A stretch of DNA of 64,000 nt from Acidobacteriota bacterium (GCA_027315185.1 DAHUYO010000006.1:395-64394), one strand, 5' to 3'; shown: positions 1-10,182, numbered from the stretch's first letter. Made by a program: numbers and translations. Notes: a model not told the origin generated them from the letters alone.

Positions 1-76
1 CAAGATTCTTTTCGTCATTTTTCTGATCCTCTTCGTGCTCTCGCTGCTCGCCGGCCGCCGGCGCGGGCGGGGTTGA
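1..76 (+). CDS. 3' end of an upstream gene (partial); hydrophobic tail ...KILFVIFLILFVLSLLAGRRRGRG*
   Basis: Open frame runs in from the window edge to TGA at 74-76. It encodes a TM-like segment followed by a basic tail. No further support. Confidence 0.25.
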   Translation, partial: KILFVIFLILFVLSLLAGRRRGRG

Positions 77-215
77 CCCCGCTGTGGATCTGGCATTCAT
101 GCTTCGGCGCCGCTCGCGGGTCCGCGCGTTTTGCCCGGGGGGTAAAGCAGGCGCGGGAAGATCGCGCGGCTCCGCTTGCGCCTACGCCGCGGGAGAAAGT
201 CCCGCCGCAGCGACT

Positions 216-3200
216 TCAGTTCACGGTGAGCTTGAGGGTGGTGGAGTGAGAGACGCTGCCGGCCGAACCCTTGACCGTCAGTGTGTAGCCGCCCGACGGA
301 GTACCGGGGCTGCCCTTGGCGCCCCCGCCGCCTCCGCCGCTCCCTCCCCCGCCACAAGCGGCGAGGGCAACCGCGGCCAGCAGCAGCGCCGCAAGGCGCG
401 CGCGGCGCGGCAACGACCGCCGGCGCGCCTCTCGACTCCACGTCGCCGTGGCCAGCAGGAGCGCCAACGCCGCCGCCAGGAGTTCCCAATCAAAGGGAAG
501 CACGGGTGGGCGTGAGGCCGGGGGCGCCGGCGCCAATAGAGATGCGGCTGTGGTGGTTACCGTGACGGACACCGCGGACGGGCTGGATCCATTGGGGGTC
601 ACCGAGGCGGGAGACACGGCGCAGGTGGCCAGCGCCGGCGCGCGGGTGCACGTAAGAGCGACGGCCTGGTTGAATCCGCCCAACGCCGCCACGCCCAGGG
701 AATACGTTGCGGTCCCGCCCGGGCTGACCGTGGCGCTGGTCGCCGCGCCCGACGCTGGGCCGATGGTGAAATCCGGCGCCGCACCGCTCAACGTTGCGCT
801 TTGCGCGCTTCCGCCGGCGTTGTCGGCGAAGTCAACGACGGCGCTGAAATTTCCGCCCGTGGGGGGATCAAATGTGACCGATACCGCGCAGCTCCCGCCG
901 GGGGCCACCGTCTGCCCGCCGCACCCGTCGGAGGCCAGCGCGAAATCGGCCGCGTTGGCGCCGCTAAGGGTGACGGCGCCGGAAGCGAAGGTCAGAGGCG
1001 CGGAGCCGTCATTGGTGACGGTGAGGGTTTGTGCGGTGCTGGTGCTTCCGACGGCTTGGGAGGGAAACGACAGCGCGGCGCTGGAGAGCTTGACCGCGGG
1101 CGCGCCCGCGCCGGTCCCCGACAACGCTAGCGCCTGCGGCGCCACGGAAGCGCTGTCACTGAAGGTCAGCGTGCCGGTCACGGCGCCCGATGCCGTCGGC
1201 GCGAACGTCACTTGGATTTGGCAACTGCCAGCTACCGGCAACTGGGCGGGACAATTGTTGCTCTGCGCGAAGCCGCCGCTCGCGGCGATGGCGCTGATCG
1301 CCATGGGCGCTGAACCGGGGTTGCTGAGCGCGACGGTTTGCGCCGCGCTGGTTGCGCCGATGGCCTCGCTGCCAAAGTTGACGACGCGGGGTGCGAAGGC
1401 GGCGACTGGCGAATTCAGAAAGACCGAAACCGTGGCGCTGCTGAAATTGGCGAATGCCGCATCCAGCCCTCCGTCGCCGTTGAAGTCCGCGGCCGCCATG
1501 AACTGCTCGTTAGCGGAGATGCTGCCTGCATCGAATTCGTGGGCGCAACAGAATGTTCCATCGCCATTGCCCAAGAGCACCGTCATGACCCCGGAGCTTT
1601 GGCTGACCAGGGCGAGATCCGGCTTGCCGTCGCCATTGAAGTCGCCCACCACGGCCGACTGCGCGTCGAGAATGGAGGGCAGTTGCAGGCCCGCGGCATT
1701 GGTGAACGTCCCATCGCCCTGGCCCAACGCGACATTCACGATATTGGTCTGGGTGGACTTGACAACGTCGAGCTTGCCGTCACCGTTGAAATCGCCCAAG
1801 GCGAGCAGGCTGTCGCCCGGATCGGAGGGGTCCAATGGGGCGATCAGTACGGGCGGCTGAAACGTCGCATCGCCATTGCCGAGCAGGACGGCGACGCCGT
1901 TGTCGGTGGCCACGGCCAGGTCGGCGTTGCCGTCGCCGTTGAAGTCCCCGGCCAAGACAGTGTGGTACGGCGGGCTGTTGAGCATTGGGCCGGCGGCCAC
2001 TTGGATGGGCGGGCCAAACGTGCCGTCGCCCTTGCCGAGAAAAATGAAGACGTCGGGCGATCCCTGCGTGGTCGCGGCCATGTCTGGGATGCCGTCGCCG
2101 TTGACGTCGGCCGTTGCGAGCGACTCAATGATCGCGGGGACAATCTGATTGGCGGTATTGCGGAATGTCCCGTCGCCGTTGCCGAGGAGCGTGGCCAACG
2201 CCGGATCAAATACGCCGGACGAAACCTGCTCTTCATCGGCCACAACCAGGTCCGGCACGCCGTCCTGGTTGAAGTCGCCAACGGCCATCGGGCCAGGCTG
2301 GCCGCCGCTTCCGCTCGGGCCCGTGGCGGAGTCCAGATGCGCCGGAAACGTCCCATCGGCGTTGCTCAGCAGCGTGGAGACGCCTCCAGAGGCGGTGTCG
2401 CTGGTGGTGGCGATGTCCGGGCGGCCATCGCCGTTGAAGTCCGCAGATACCAGCGACGCCGGAGAGGAAAGAACCGGATAGGTGGAGCGAACCGGGAACG
2501 AGCCGTCGCCGCGGTTGATGAGCACGGAGAGCGAGTACAGCGGGGAATACCCGCCCACAACGGCCAAATCCGGCCGGCCGTCGCCGTTCGCGTCCAGCGC
2601 GCGGATCGCCGCCGGCTCCAGCCCGCCGCTGTATACGCGCGGAGGATTTTGAAAGGTGCCGTCGCCGTTGCCGAGCAGAAGGTCCACCTCGTTCGCATTC
2701 CGGTTGGTCAGCGCCAGGTCCGGCTTGCCGTCGCCGTTGAAATCGGCGACGCTGAGCTGCATGCCGTATACGTCCAATTGAGTGCTGGAATAGAGGACCG
2801 GTGCGGCGAAGGCGCCATTGCCCTTGCCCAGCAAGGTCGAGACGCCGCCTGTGGCGCCCGACGATGCGGCGATCAAGTCCAGATCGCCGTCGCTGTTGAG
2901 GTCGGCGGTTGCCAGCGCCGAGATCGTGCCGGAGACCGTATAACTGACCGGGGACTGGAAGCTGCCATCGCCGTTATTGACCAGCACGGAAATCGTGCTC
3001 TGGCCGCCGACGGCGATGTCCGGCCGGCCGTCGCCGTTGAAGTCCCCGAGAGCAAGGTATGGCGTGCCGGCGACCGAGTAGGTGACCGGCGCCTGGAAGG
3101 TGCCGTCGCCATTGCCCAGCAGCACGGCGATTGTGGCGCCGGGGCCGAAATCCTGCGTCGCTAGCACCAGGTCGAGTTTGCCGTCGCCGTTCAGGTCGGT

Positions 3201-3695
3201 CGCCGCCACCGCGGTGTACGTGCTGCCAACGCTGGGCGTCAGGGGTGTCGGTGCTTGGAAGGTCCCGTCGCCATTGCCTAGCAGGATGGAGGCATAGGGA
3301 GCGGAGTTCCCTCCAACGGCGACAATATCGAGCTTGCCATCGCCGTTGAAATCCCCCACAGCCAGGCTGGAGCCCGAAACCGCGTAATCCACCGGCGGAG
3401 CGAAGGTGCCATTGGGCCGGCCGAGGTAAATGGCAAGCACCGGTGTGCCGCTAACCCCTGCGGCAGTGAGTCCCAAAATGGCGAGATCCGGAATACCGTC
3501 GTGGTTGAAGTCTGCGACGGCGACCGGAGGCGCGCCCAGGGGCGGGGAGGTCGCGGCCCCCGCCAGCACCGGGGCGGCATAGCTAACCGTGCCAAACACA
3601 TAAGTCTGCGCCTTCAGACGCGGCACGCCTAACGTGCAGACCATCCCACCAACCAACAGAATCCCGTATCTGCGCCGCCGGGAGATTACAACCAC
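216..3695 (-). CDS. Giant secreted FG-GAP/VCBS-repeat protein with C-terminal Ig-like domains
   Basis: N-terminal signal peptide (MVVISRRRRYGILLVGGMVCTLGVPRLKAQ). More than 15 copies of the FG-GAP calcium-binding motif (DFNGDGKPDL / DLNGDGKLDL / GNGDGTF). The C-terminal third has Ig-like 'SCxVSVTF / TLTFSD' segments. Confidence 0.85.
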   Translation of the reverse strand: MVVISRRRRYGILLVGGMVCTLGVPRLKAQTYVFGTVSYAAPVLAGAATSPPLGAPPVAVADFNHDGIPDLAILGLTAAGVSGTPVLAIYLGRPNGTFAPPVDYAVSGSSLAVGDFNGDGKLDIVAVGGNSAPYASILLGNGDGTFQAPTPLTPSVGSTYTAVAATDLNGDGKLDLVLATQDFGPGATIAVLLGNGDGTFQAPVTYSVAGTPYLALGDFNGDGRPDIAVGGQSTISVLVNNGDGSFQSPVSYTVSGTISALATADLNSDGDLDLIAASSGATGGVSTLLGKGNGAFAAPVLYSSTQLDVYGMQLSVADFNGDGKPDLALTNRNANEVDLLLGNGDGTFQNPPRVYSGGLEPAAIRALDANGDGRPDLAVVGGYSPLYSLSVLINRGDGSFPVRSTYPVLSSPASLVSADFNGDGRPDIATTSDTASGGVSTLLSNADGTFPAHLDSATGPSGSGGQPGPMAVGDFNQDGVPDLVVADEEQVSSGVFDPALATLLGNGDGTFRNTANQIVPAIIESLATADVNGDGIPDMAATTQGSPDVFIFLGKGDGTFGPPIQVAAGPMLNSPPYHTVLAGDFNGDGNADLAVATDNGVAVLLGNGDATFQPPVLIAPLDPSDPGDSLLALGDFNGDGKLDVVKSTQTNIVNVALGQGDGTFTNAAGLQLPSILDAQSAVVGDFNGDGKPDLALVSQSSGVMTVLLGNGDGTFCCAHEFDAGSISANEQFMAAADFNGDGGLDAAFANFSSATVSVFLNSPVAAFAPRVVNFGSEAIGATSAAQTVALSNPGSAPMAISAIAASGGFAQSNNCPAQLPVAGSCQIQVTFAPTASGAVTGTLTFSDSASVAPQALALSGTGAGAPAVKLSSAALSFPSQAVGSTSTAQTLTVTNDGSAPLTFASGAVTLSGANAADFALASDGCGGQTVAPGGSCAVSVTFDPPTGGNFSAVVDFADNAGGSAQSATLSGAAPDFTIGPASGAATSATVSPGGTATYSLGVAALGGFNQAVALTCTRAPALATCAVSPASVTPNGSSPSAVSVTVTTTAASLLAPAPPASRPPVLPFDWELLAAALALLLATATWSREARRRSLPRRARLAALLLAAVALAACGGGGSGGGGGGAKGSPGTPSGGYTLTVKGSAGSVSHSTTLKLTVN

Positions 3696-3913
3696 GACTG
3701 CCGATTCTCGTGCTTCGCGTGCCGGCTGTCAAGCGCAGGGCGGGTAGGGCGCCAGCGGCCAAACGGATAGACGTTCGTCGCGCGTCCTGTCGCGGGGCTG
3801 GGGCCCGCGACAATCATTGCTTTGCCACACGAGCCGGCGTGGCGCGGTGGCGCGCGCACTTGCTGACGCCTCGAACCCGTCTCCCGGCGTGCCGCTTCGG
3901 GCGGCGCCACGAT

Positions 3914-4993
3914 TCAGCCCGCCTTGCGCCGCAGCCACCGCTGCACCACGGAGTCGAGAAAACCGCCGGTGCGCCAGCCGTATTCGCCGGTCCACCAGCC
4001 GCGGATAACGCCTTGGCGGTCCAGCAAGATAAAGGTCGGATAGGCGTGAACCCCGAACGCCTTCTCCAGCGCGGCGTGGCCGTCCCAAAACTGCGGCCAA
4101 ACCATGTGATGGGCGGCGATGAACTTTTGCCCGGCGGGCCGTTTCTCCTGGGAGTCAATGCTGAGGATGACGAAATCACCGCGCCGGCCATAGCGCTGCC
4201 AAATCTGCCTCAGCTCGCCGACGGTCTCGCGGCAGGGCGGGCACCAGCTGCCCCAAAAATCCAGCAGCACGACCTTGCCTTCCAGTCCGCGCGTGGATAG
4301 GCGCGCGCCGCTGTCGGTCCGCAGCCGGAACTCCGGCGCGTGATACGCCAGCGCCGCGTCGGGATCGGCCAGATCGGTTCTTGCCATCGCGGCGGCCGGT
4401 CCGTTCGGCGCCAGGCGCAGGGAGGCGCGGAACTGCCGATCGGCGGCGGCGGTTTGCCCCTCGCGCGCCAGGCAGACCGCCAGGTCGAAGCGCAGCACGG
4501 CGGAGTTCGGCGCCAGCGCCTCGGCGGCGCGAAAGTCCCGCTCACCCTGCGCCAGCCAGGCACGAATTTGCTTTTCGGGAACGTCGGGCAGGTGCTGATT
4601 CAGCGACGCCCGGCGGACGGCGACGGCTTGGTGATAGGCGCCGCGCCGCAGCTCGGCCGAGCCCGCGAGTTGCAACGCCGCGGCGCGCCGCGCCGCCGAA
4701 TGCGCCGCCCGCTCCGCCCGTCCGCAGTCCTTGATGCTGCCGCTGAACTTGGCGCGCAGGGCGTCCGCCTCGGCCATGCCCATGTAGCAGAGGACGCTAT
4801 CGGAGCCCGGCAGCTCCGCCGCCCGCGCGTAATCCGAGCGGGCCTTGCCGTATTGGTGCTTGGCCATCGCGGCACGGGCGGCGGCTAGCTCCGCTTGGTA
4901 TCCGGACGGCGGCGCCGCGGCTAGCGCCGCGGCGGCCAGGAAGAGCGCGGCGGCAGTGGCGGTGAGGTTGGCGAAGGCGCGAAAGCTGGACAT
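3914..4993 (-). CDS. TlpA-family thiol:disulfide oxidoreductase with N-terminal TPR-like region
   Basis: Signal peptide. Thioredoxin-fold active site 'LLDFWGSWCPPCRETVGEL' (WCxxC) and a 'YPTFILLD' cis-Pro loop region. Confidence 0.8.
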   Translation of the reverse strand: MSSFRAFANLTATAAALFLAAAALAAAPPSGYQAELAAARAAMAKHQYGKARSDYARAAELPGSDSVLCYMGMAEADALRAKFSGSIKDCGRAERAAHSAARRAAALQLAGSAELRRGAYHQAVAVRRASLNQHLPDVPEKQIRAWLAQGERDFRAAEALAPNSAVLRFDLAVCLAREGQTAAADRQFRASLRLAPNGPAAAMARTDLADPDAALAYHAPEFRLRTDSGARLSTRGLEGKVVLLDFWGSWCPPCRETVGELRQIWQRYGRRGDFVILSIDSQEKRPAGQKFIAAHHMVWPQFWDGHAALEKAFGVHAYPTFILLDRQGVIRGWWTGEYGWRTGGFLDSVVQRWLRRKAG

Positions 4994-5126
4994 GCAGGCA
5001 TTCTAGGTCGGCTCCCCCGCGCCGCCAACCCCGTAATCGCGCAAAAACTTGGCTTGCTGCGCCGCCGGAGCCGACAATTCCGTCGGCGGCTAGGAACAAG
5101 AGCCCGGCTGGCGCGTATTTAGATTT

Positions 5127-7535
5127 ATGCGCTCTGGGCTGCGCTTCCTGCGCCGTGAGCCCGGCCTCGCCGCCGTGGCCATTTTGACCCTGGCGATCGG
5201 CCTCGCCGCCAACACCACCATCTTCTCGGTCGTCAATGGCGTCCTGCTCCAGCCGCTGGCGTATCCCCATCCCGGCCGCCTGATCGCCGTTCAGGAATCC
5301 ATACCCCGGCTGTCGCTCAAATATCCGCAAATCCCGGCCAACGCCAAGGCCTACACCGCCTGGAAGCGCGGCGCCACGCTGCTCGCCGGCGTGGCGCTGG
5401 TCCAAGGCGGACAAGGCAGCCTGACCGGCGCCGGCCAGCCGGCGCTGCTGGACGTTCCCTCCGCCACGGCCAACCTATTTACGGTCCTTGGCGTTCATCC
5501 CGTGCTCGGCCGCAATTTCTCTCCCCACGCCGGCCAGCCCGGCCAGCCGCGCCAAGCCATCCTCAGCTATGCCTGCTGGCGCAGCCGCTTTCATGGCGAT
5601 CCCGCGATCGTCGGCCGCGGCATCGAGCTGAGCGGGCGCCTGTACAGCGTGGTTGGCGTGCTGCCGCCGCATCTTCACTTTTTCCATGGCCATGAACTCA
5701 GCCCGCTGATCGGCCTTGGCGACCGGCCGGAAATCTTCGTGCCGCACACCTTCACCGCCAGCCAGCTCAACGATGACGGCAACTTCAACTGGGCCGCCGT
5801 CGCCCGCCTCAAGCCCGGCGTCACCATGGCCCAGGCCCGCGCCCAGCTCGACGCCATTACCGCCCGCGTCGCCAATCAGTCGAAGGATTTCCCCGGCCTG
5901 CACGTCGTCGTCACGCCGCTGCGCGACCAAGTGGTGCGTGGCGCGCGGGAAGGGCTGTGGCTGCTGCTCGGCGCCGTGCTGGCCGTGATGCTGATCATCT
6001 GCGTCAACCTGGCCAATCTGCTCCTCGCCCGTTCCACCGCCCGCCGGCATGAGGCGGCCATCCGCGCCGCCCTCGGCGCCAGCCAGCGCCGCTTGCTGGG
6101 GCAGGTTTTGTCGGAGACGTTATTCCTGGCCATCTTCGGCGGCGCCGCCGGCCTGTTGCTGGCCCATTGGCTCTTGCGCGCCCTGGTCGCCGCCGCGCCC
6201 CTCAACCTTCCCCGCCTGCACAACGTCCATCTGGATCCCGCCGTGCTGCTGTTCACGCTGGCGCTGTCCATCGCCGCCGGCCTACTGGCCGGGCTGCTGC
6301 CCGCCTGGCGCCTGGCCCGCAGCGATCCGCAGTCCGCCTTGCATTCCTCCGGCGCCCGCGTCGGCGAGGGCCGCGCCCGCCGCTCGGCGCGGCAATGGCT
6401 GGTGGGCCTGGAAAGCGCGCTCAGTATTCTGTTGCTGGTTTCCGCCGGCCTGCTTTTGGCCAGCTTTTTCCGCGTCGCCGGCATCCGCAAGGGCTTCGCC
6501 GTCCGGCACCTGCTGACTGTCAGCCTTCAGCTGCCGACCACGCGCTACCACACCGGCGCCCAGCGCCAGGAGTTTTGGCGCCAGGCGCTGGCCGCCGCCC
6601 GCGCCTTTCCCGGCATTCGCGGCGCCGCGCTGATCAATACACTGCCTCTGGGCGGCAACAACGACGTCAACCCCATCACCATTCCCGGCGATACCCGGCC
6701 CATCACCGAGCAGCCGCTGGCCAACTGGCGGCGCATCAGCCCCAGCCTGTTGTCCGTCCTCAAGATTCCCCTCCTCGCCGGCCGCAATCTCAACGCCGCT
6801 GACGCCGGCCATCACCGCGTGCTGGTCTCCGCCGCCGCCGCCCGCGCCGCGTGGGGCCATCGCAATCCCATCGGGCAAACGTTTCGCCGCGCTGGGAATC
6901 CCCCGCCCTATACCGTCATCGGCGTGGTGGGCAATATGCACGCCGTCAGCCTGCTGTCCTCCGGCTTGGTGGTGTATCGCTTGTATGGCGGCAATAGCCA
7001 GGAATCGCTCGTGCTCAGCACCAGTCTTCCCGCCGCCACCGTCGGGCCAGAACTCCGCCGCGCCATCTGGACCATTGACCCTTCCATTCCGGTCGAGCGT
7101 TTCCGTTCCATGCGGCAAATCGTCGCCGCCACGCTCGCGCCGCGCCGCTTCCAAATGCTGCTGGTCGTGCTGTTCGCCGCCGCCGCCCTGCTGCTGGTCT
7201 GCCTGGGCATTTATGGCGTCGTCTCCTATTCCGTCGCCCGCCGTTCGCCGGAGATCGGCCTGCGCATGGCCCTCGGCGCCGGCGCGCCGGACCTCTACCG
7301 CCTGGTCTTCTTCACGGGCTTGCGGCCCGTGGTGCTGGGCCTGGCCGCCGGCATCGTCGCGGCACTGGCGCTGGGCCGCGTGCTGGGCAGCTTGCTATTC
7401 GGCGTCAGCCCCTTCAGCCCGCTGCTCTACGCCGCGGCCGCCGCCGGTTTGCTGCTGGTCGCCGCCGCTGCTTGTTGGCTGCCCGCCCGCCGCGCCGTCC
7501 GCATCGCCCCCTCCCTCGCCCTGCGCGTGGAATAA
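5127..7535 (+). CDS. ADOP-family (duplicated MacB/FtsX-like) ABC transporter permease
   Basis: Typical N-terminus 'LRFLRREPGLAAVAILTLAIGLAANTTIFSVVNGVLLQPL'. Two FtsX-like 4-TM blocks are separated by large periplasmic domains. The ~800 aa length is typical of acidobacterial duplicated orphan permeases. Confidence 0.85.
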   Translation: MRSGLRFLRREPGLAAVAILTLAIGLAANTTIFSVVNGVLLQPLAYPHPGRLIAVQESIPRLSLKYPQIPANAKAYTAWKRGATLLAGVALVQGGQGSLTGAGQPALLDVPSATANLFTVLGVHPVLGRNFSPHAGQPGQPRQAILSYACWRSRFHGDPAIVGRGIELSGRLYSVVGVLPPHLHFFHGHELSPLIGLGDRPEIFVPHTFTASQLNDDGNFNWAAVARLKPGVTMAQARAQLDAITARVANQSKDFPGLHVVVTPLRDQVVRGAREGLWLLLGAVLAVMLIICVNLANLLLARSTARRHEAAIRAALGASQRRLLGQVLSETLFLAIFGGAAGLLLAHWLLRALVAAAPLNLPRLHNVHLDPAVLLFTLALSIAAGLLAGLLPAWRLARSDPQSALHSSGARVGEGRARRSARQWLVGLESALSILLLVSAGLLLASFFRVAGIRKGFAVRHLLTVSLQLPTTRYHTGAQRQEFWRQALAAARAFPGIRGAALINTLPLGGNNDVNPITIPGDTRPITEQPLANWRRISPSLLSVLKIPLLAGRNLNAADAGHHRVLVSAAAARAAWGHRNPIGQTFRRAGNPPPYTVIGVVGNMHAVSLLSSGLVVYRLYGGNSQESLVLSTSLPAATVGPELRRAIWTIDPSIPVERFRSMRQIVAATLAPRRFQMLLVVLFAAAALLLVCLGIYGVVSYSVARRSPEIGLRMALGAGAPDLYRLVFFTGLRPVVLGLAAGIVAALALGRVLGSLLFGVSPFSPLLYAAAAAGLLLVAAAACWLPARRAVRIAPSLALRVE

Positions 7536-7676
7536 CCAGTGGCCTGGCGGTTCCGCGCCGCTCTGGCCGCACCCAGAGCAGCCATACGCAAGCCAGGAGG
7601 CGTACCCCGCCATGGGATGAAAGTGGGATCGTCGTCCCCGCCTGTCCGCCGCCGTTCGGAGCGGCGCCAAGCCTCG

Positions 7677-8114
7677 CTACTGCGCCGCCTGCGCCGCCAA
7701 CGACGCAACCACCGCCAACGCCGCCGCCAGCTCTTCGGGCAGACCGTGCCGCGCTTCCAAATACTCCGCCCGGTTATAGAACAATTGCACCTGCCCGCGT
7801 TCATCCTCCGCGACCAAAATCTTCAGCGGCAGGTCAAGGGCGATGCTCGGCGCGGCGATCATCAACGGGGTGCCCGCCTTCGGGCTGCCAAAAATCAGCA
7901 GCTGCGCCGGCCGCATCCGCAGCCCGACCTTGGCCGCTTCGTTCGCATGGTCAATCACCGCGATCAGCTGCACGCCCCGGGAGCGCAGCAGGTCCCTCAG
8001 CCGCTCGACCGTCGCCGCGACGGTATGCTGGCTAGCCACCGTCCCAATGCCTTCGCCGATCCGCATATTTGCTCCCCTCGCGCAGCGGTCCGGTCCCGGC
8101 CCCGCGCCCGTCAA
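7677..8114 (-). CDS. DUF302 domain protein (start more likely the ATG at 8066)
   Basis: Core 'IAVIDHANEAAKVGLRMRPAQLLIFGSPKAGTPLMIAAPSIALDLPLKILVAEDERGQVQLFY' matches the DUF302 signature. Confidence 0.6.
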   Translation of the reverse strand: MTGAGPGPDRCARGANMRIGEGIGTVASQHTVAATVERLRDLLRSRGVQLIAVIDHANEAAKVGLRMRPAQLLIFGSPKAGTPLMIAAPSIALDLPLKILVAEDERGQVQLFYNRAEYLEARHGLPEELAAALAVVASLAAQAAQ

Positions 8115-8190
8115 TGGCCACTTCCGCCCAACAGTATGCGCCTGCGGAAGGAGTCCACGGCGCGGGGGCGCAGGCGCCTGGCGCAGGCGC

Positions 8191-9588
8191 CTAATGCCCG
8201 GCCACCACCACCCACGCCGTGCGCAGCAGATCCGGCAGCCCGTAGATGTCCATGGCCGTGATCACGATGGCGCTGGCCCAGCCCGCCGCCAGCAGAAACT
8301 TCCCGTTGCGCCACTTGCCCATCACCTGCCGCGAGCTGGTGAAGTGCAGCAGCGGAAACATGGCGAACGGCAGTTGCAGCGCCAGCACCACCTGGCTGAG
8401 GTTCAGCAAATCCGTCACGCTGCTGCCGCCGCGCAGGCCGATCAGAAACACCGCGGGCAGAATGGCCAGCACGCGCGTGATCAGCCGCCGCAGCCACGGC
8501 TGGATGCGCCAGTGCATGAAGCCTTCCATCACCACCTGTCCGGCCAGCGTGCCCGTCACGGTGCTGCTCTGTCCGCTGGCCAGCAGCGCCACCGCGAACA
8601 GCGTGCTGGCGCCGACGGTTCCCAGCAGCGGCGCCAGCGTCAGGTACGCCACGCGAATCCAGTCGCTGTTGGGGCCAAAATGAATCACCCCGCCCGGCAC
8701 CGCCACGCTGGTGCGGCCGAAAAACACCATCGCCGCCAGCACCAAAATCGCCGCGTTGACAAAAAAGGCGATGGTCAGCGCCACCGCCGAATCCAGGGTA
8801 TTGAACTGGATCGCCCGCCGCATCGAGGCGTCGTCGCGCTTCAGTTGCCGGCTCTGCACCAGCGCCGAGTGCAGATACAAGTTGTGCGGCATCACCGTCG
8901 CGCCGATGATGCCGATCGCCACGTATAGCATGCCCACCTGCCCCAGGCTGGGAATGAACAGCGCCTTTCCCAGGGCGGCGAAGCTGGGATGCGTCTCCGG
9001 CAGGATGAAAATCTCGATGTAGTAGCAAACGGCGATGGTCGCCACCAACAGCAAAATCACCGCCTCGATGGTGCGCATCCCGAAGTTCTGCATCGCCAGC
9101 AAGAGCAGAACGTCCAGCCCGGTGATCAGCACCGCCCATAGCAGCGGGATATGGAACAGCAGGTTCAGCGCCACCGCACTGCCCAGCACCTCCGCCAAGT
9201 CGCAGGCGCCGACCGCGATCTCCGCCAGCAGCCAGTTGGGAATCCGCGTCCATTTCGGATACCAGTCGTGGCAGCACTGCGCCAGGTCCTTGCCGGTCAC
9301 CACGCCCAGCCGGGCCGAAATCACCTGGAGCACGATGGCCATCAGGCTGGCCAGCCCCACCACCCACAGCAGCCCGTAGTGATACTGCGCCCCTCCGGCC
9401 AGGTCGGTGCCCCAGTTGCCGGGGTCCATGTAGCCGACGCTGACCAGAATCGCCGGCCCCACGAACGCCCACCAATGCCGCCAAAATCCGGCTTCGTGGG
9501 GCGGCACCGCCACCGTGGCGTAGGCGCTTTCCAGCGACCGCTGCGGCCGCTCGGCGGCGGTTTCGGCGCGGCTGGAGAATGGGCTCAT
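8191..9588 (-). CDS. mntH: Nramp-family divalent metal (Mn2+/Fe2+):H+ symporter
   Basis: 'GYMDPGNWGTDLAGGAQYHYGLLWV' and 'GATVMPHNLYLHSALV' are Nramp signature motifs. The protein is polytopic, with about 11 TM segments. Confidence 0.9.
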   Translation of the reverse strand: MSPFSSRAETAAERPQRSLESAYATVAVPPHEAGFWRHWWAFVGPAILVSVGYMDPGNWGTDLAGGAQYHYGLLWVVGLASLMAIVLQVISARLGVVTGKDLAQCCHDWYPKWTRIPNWLLAEIAVGACDLAEVLGSAVALNLLFHIPLLWAVLITGLDVLLLLAMQNFGMRTIEAVILLLVATIAVCYYIEIFILPETHPSFAALGKALFIPSLGQVGMLYVAIGIIGATVMPHNLYLHSALVQSRQLKRDDASMRRAIQFNTLDSAVALTIAFFVNAAILVLAAMVFFGRTSVAVPGGVIHFGPNSDWIRVAYLTLAPLLGTVGASTLFAVALLASGQSSTVTGTLAGQVVMEGFMHWRIQPWLRRLITRVLAILPAVFLIGLRGGSSVTDLLNLSQVVLALQLPFAMFPLLHFTSSRQVMGKWRNGKFLLAAGWASAIVITAMDIYGLPDLLRTAWVVVAGH

Positions 9589-9797
9589 GCGCCGGCCGCA
9601 CCCCAGGATGCGGCCCGCCGCTCGGCGGCCCGGCCGCCAAGTCCAGAATTGTCATGAACCACGGTTAACGCAGGGAGAGGAACGGCGCTGCCGACGGGAA
9701 ATCGCTCCGAGCCGCGAAAATCGCCGATTCGCGCGTGGTCCAGTCTTGCGAATGCGGCCCATCTGCGCGAGAACGTGGCCATTGGTACAGGCTTGGC

Positions 9798-9826
9798 GTT
9801 AACCATGGCTAACAACAATGGTTAAC
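9798..9826. promoter_or_regulatory. Perfect 9-bp inverted repeat GTTAACCAT-N11-ATGGTTAAC upstream of mntH (candidate metalloregulator operator)
   Basis: Read directly from the sequence. A third related half-site, CCACGGTTAAC, lies at 9660-9670. All sit in the mntH 5' intergenic region. Confidence 0.3.
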
Positions 9827-10182
9827 CGATTCTCCCCGCTGAGTCAAATCGCCCGCGCCAGATCCGCGGCAGGAAATATCCCGCATGGCGTCCGCGTGAA
9901 GAAGGTAGGACCGTCCTCCCGGCTGTCGCGGCAACGCCGTCGGCCATGCGCGCCGCCGCTCGCGGGATAGGGCTGCTGCCCTGTGTACGGTCGCCCTCCC
10001 TCCCGGGCGGCGTCATCCCGCTGCTCGCTCCTCGGCCGCGGTGCGTGGAACAGGCTTCAGCCGGCGTGCCGCGGGCTTCGCCCGCGGTCGTCCTCCCGCC
10101 CCGTGCCGGCTTCGCCCCGCGCGGCTAGCCGCCAGGGGGTTAGCCCGCCGTCCGGCCGCGTCCCCAGGGCAACTGGCCGCGC

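Noticed and set aside
316-3164. Long plus-strand ORFs (316-1860, 1338-3164 and smaller ones) opposite the FG-GAP gene
   Set aside because: They are antisense to a gene with unmistakable repeated FG-GAP motifs. Their translations are Ala/Arg/Gly/Pro low-complexity strings typical of high-GC shadow ORFs.
8111-9655. 514-aa minus-strand ORF overlapping mntH in another frame, plus plus-strand ORFs at 7843-8928 and 9151-9657
   Set aside because: The Nramp frame carries the family signature motifs. The alternative frames are Arg/Gly/Ala-rich with no motifs.
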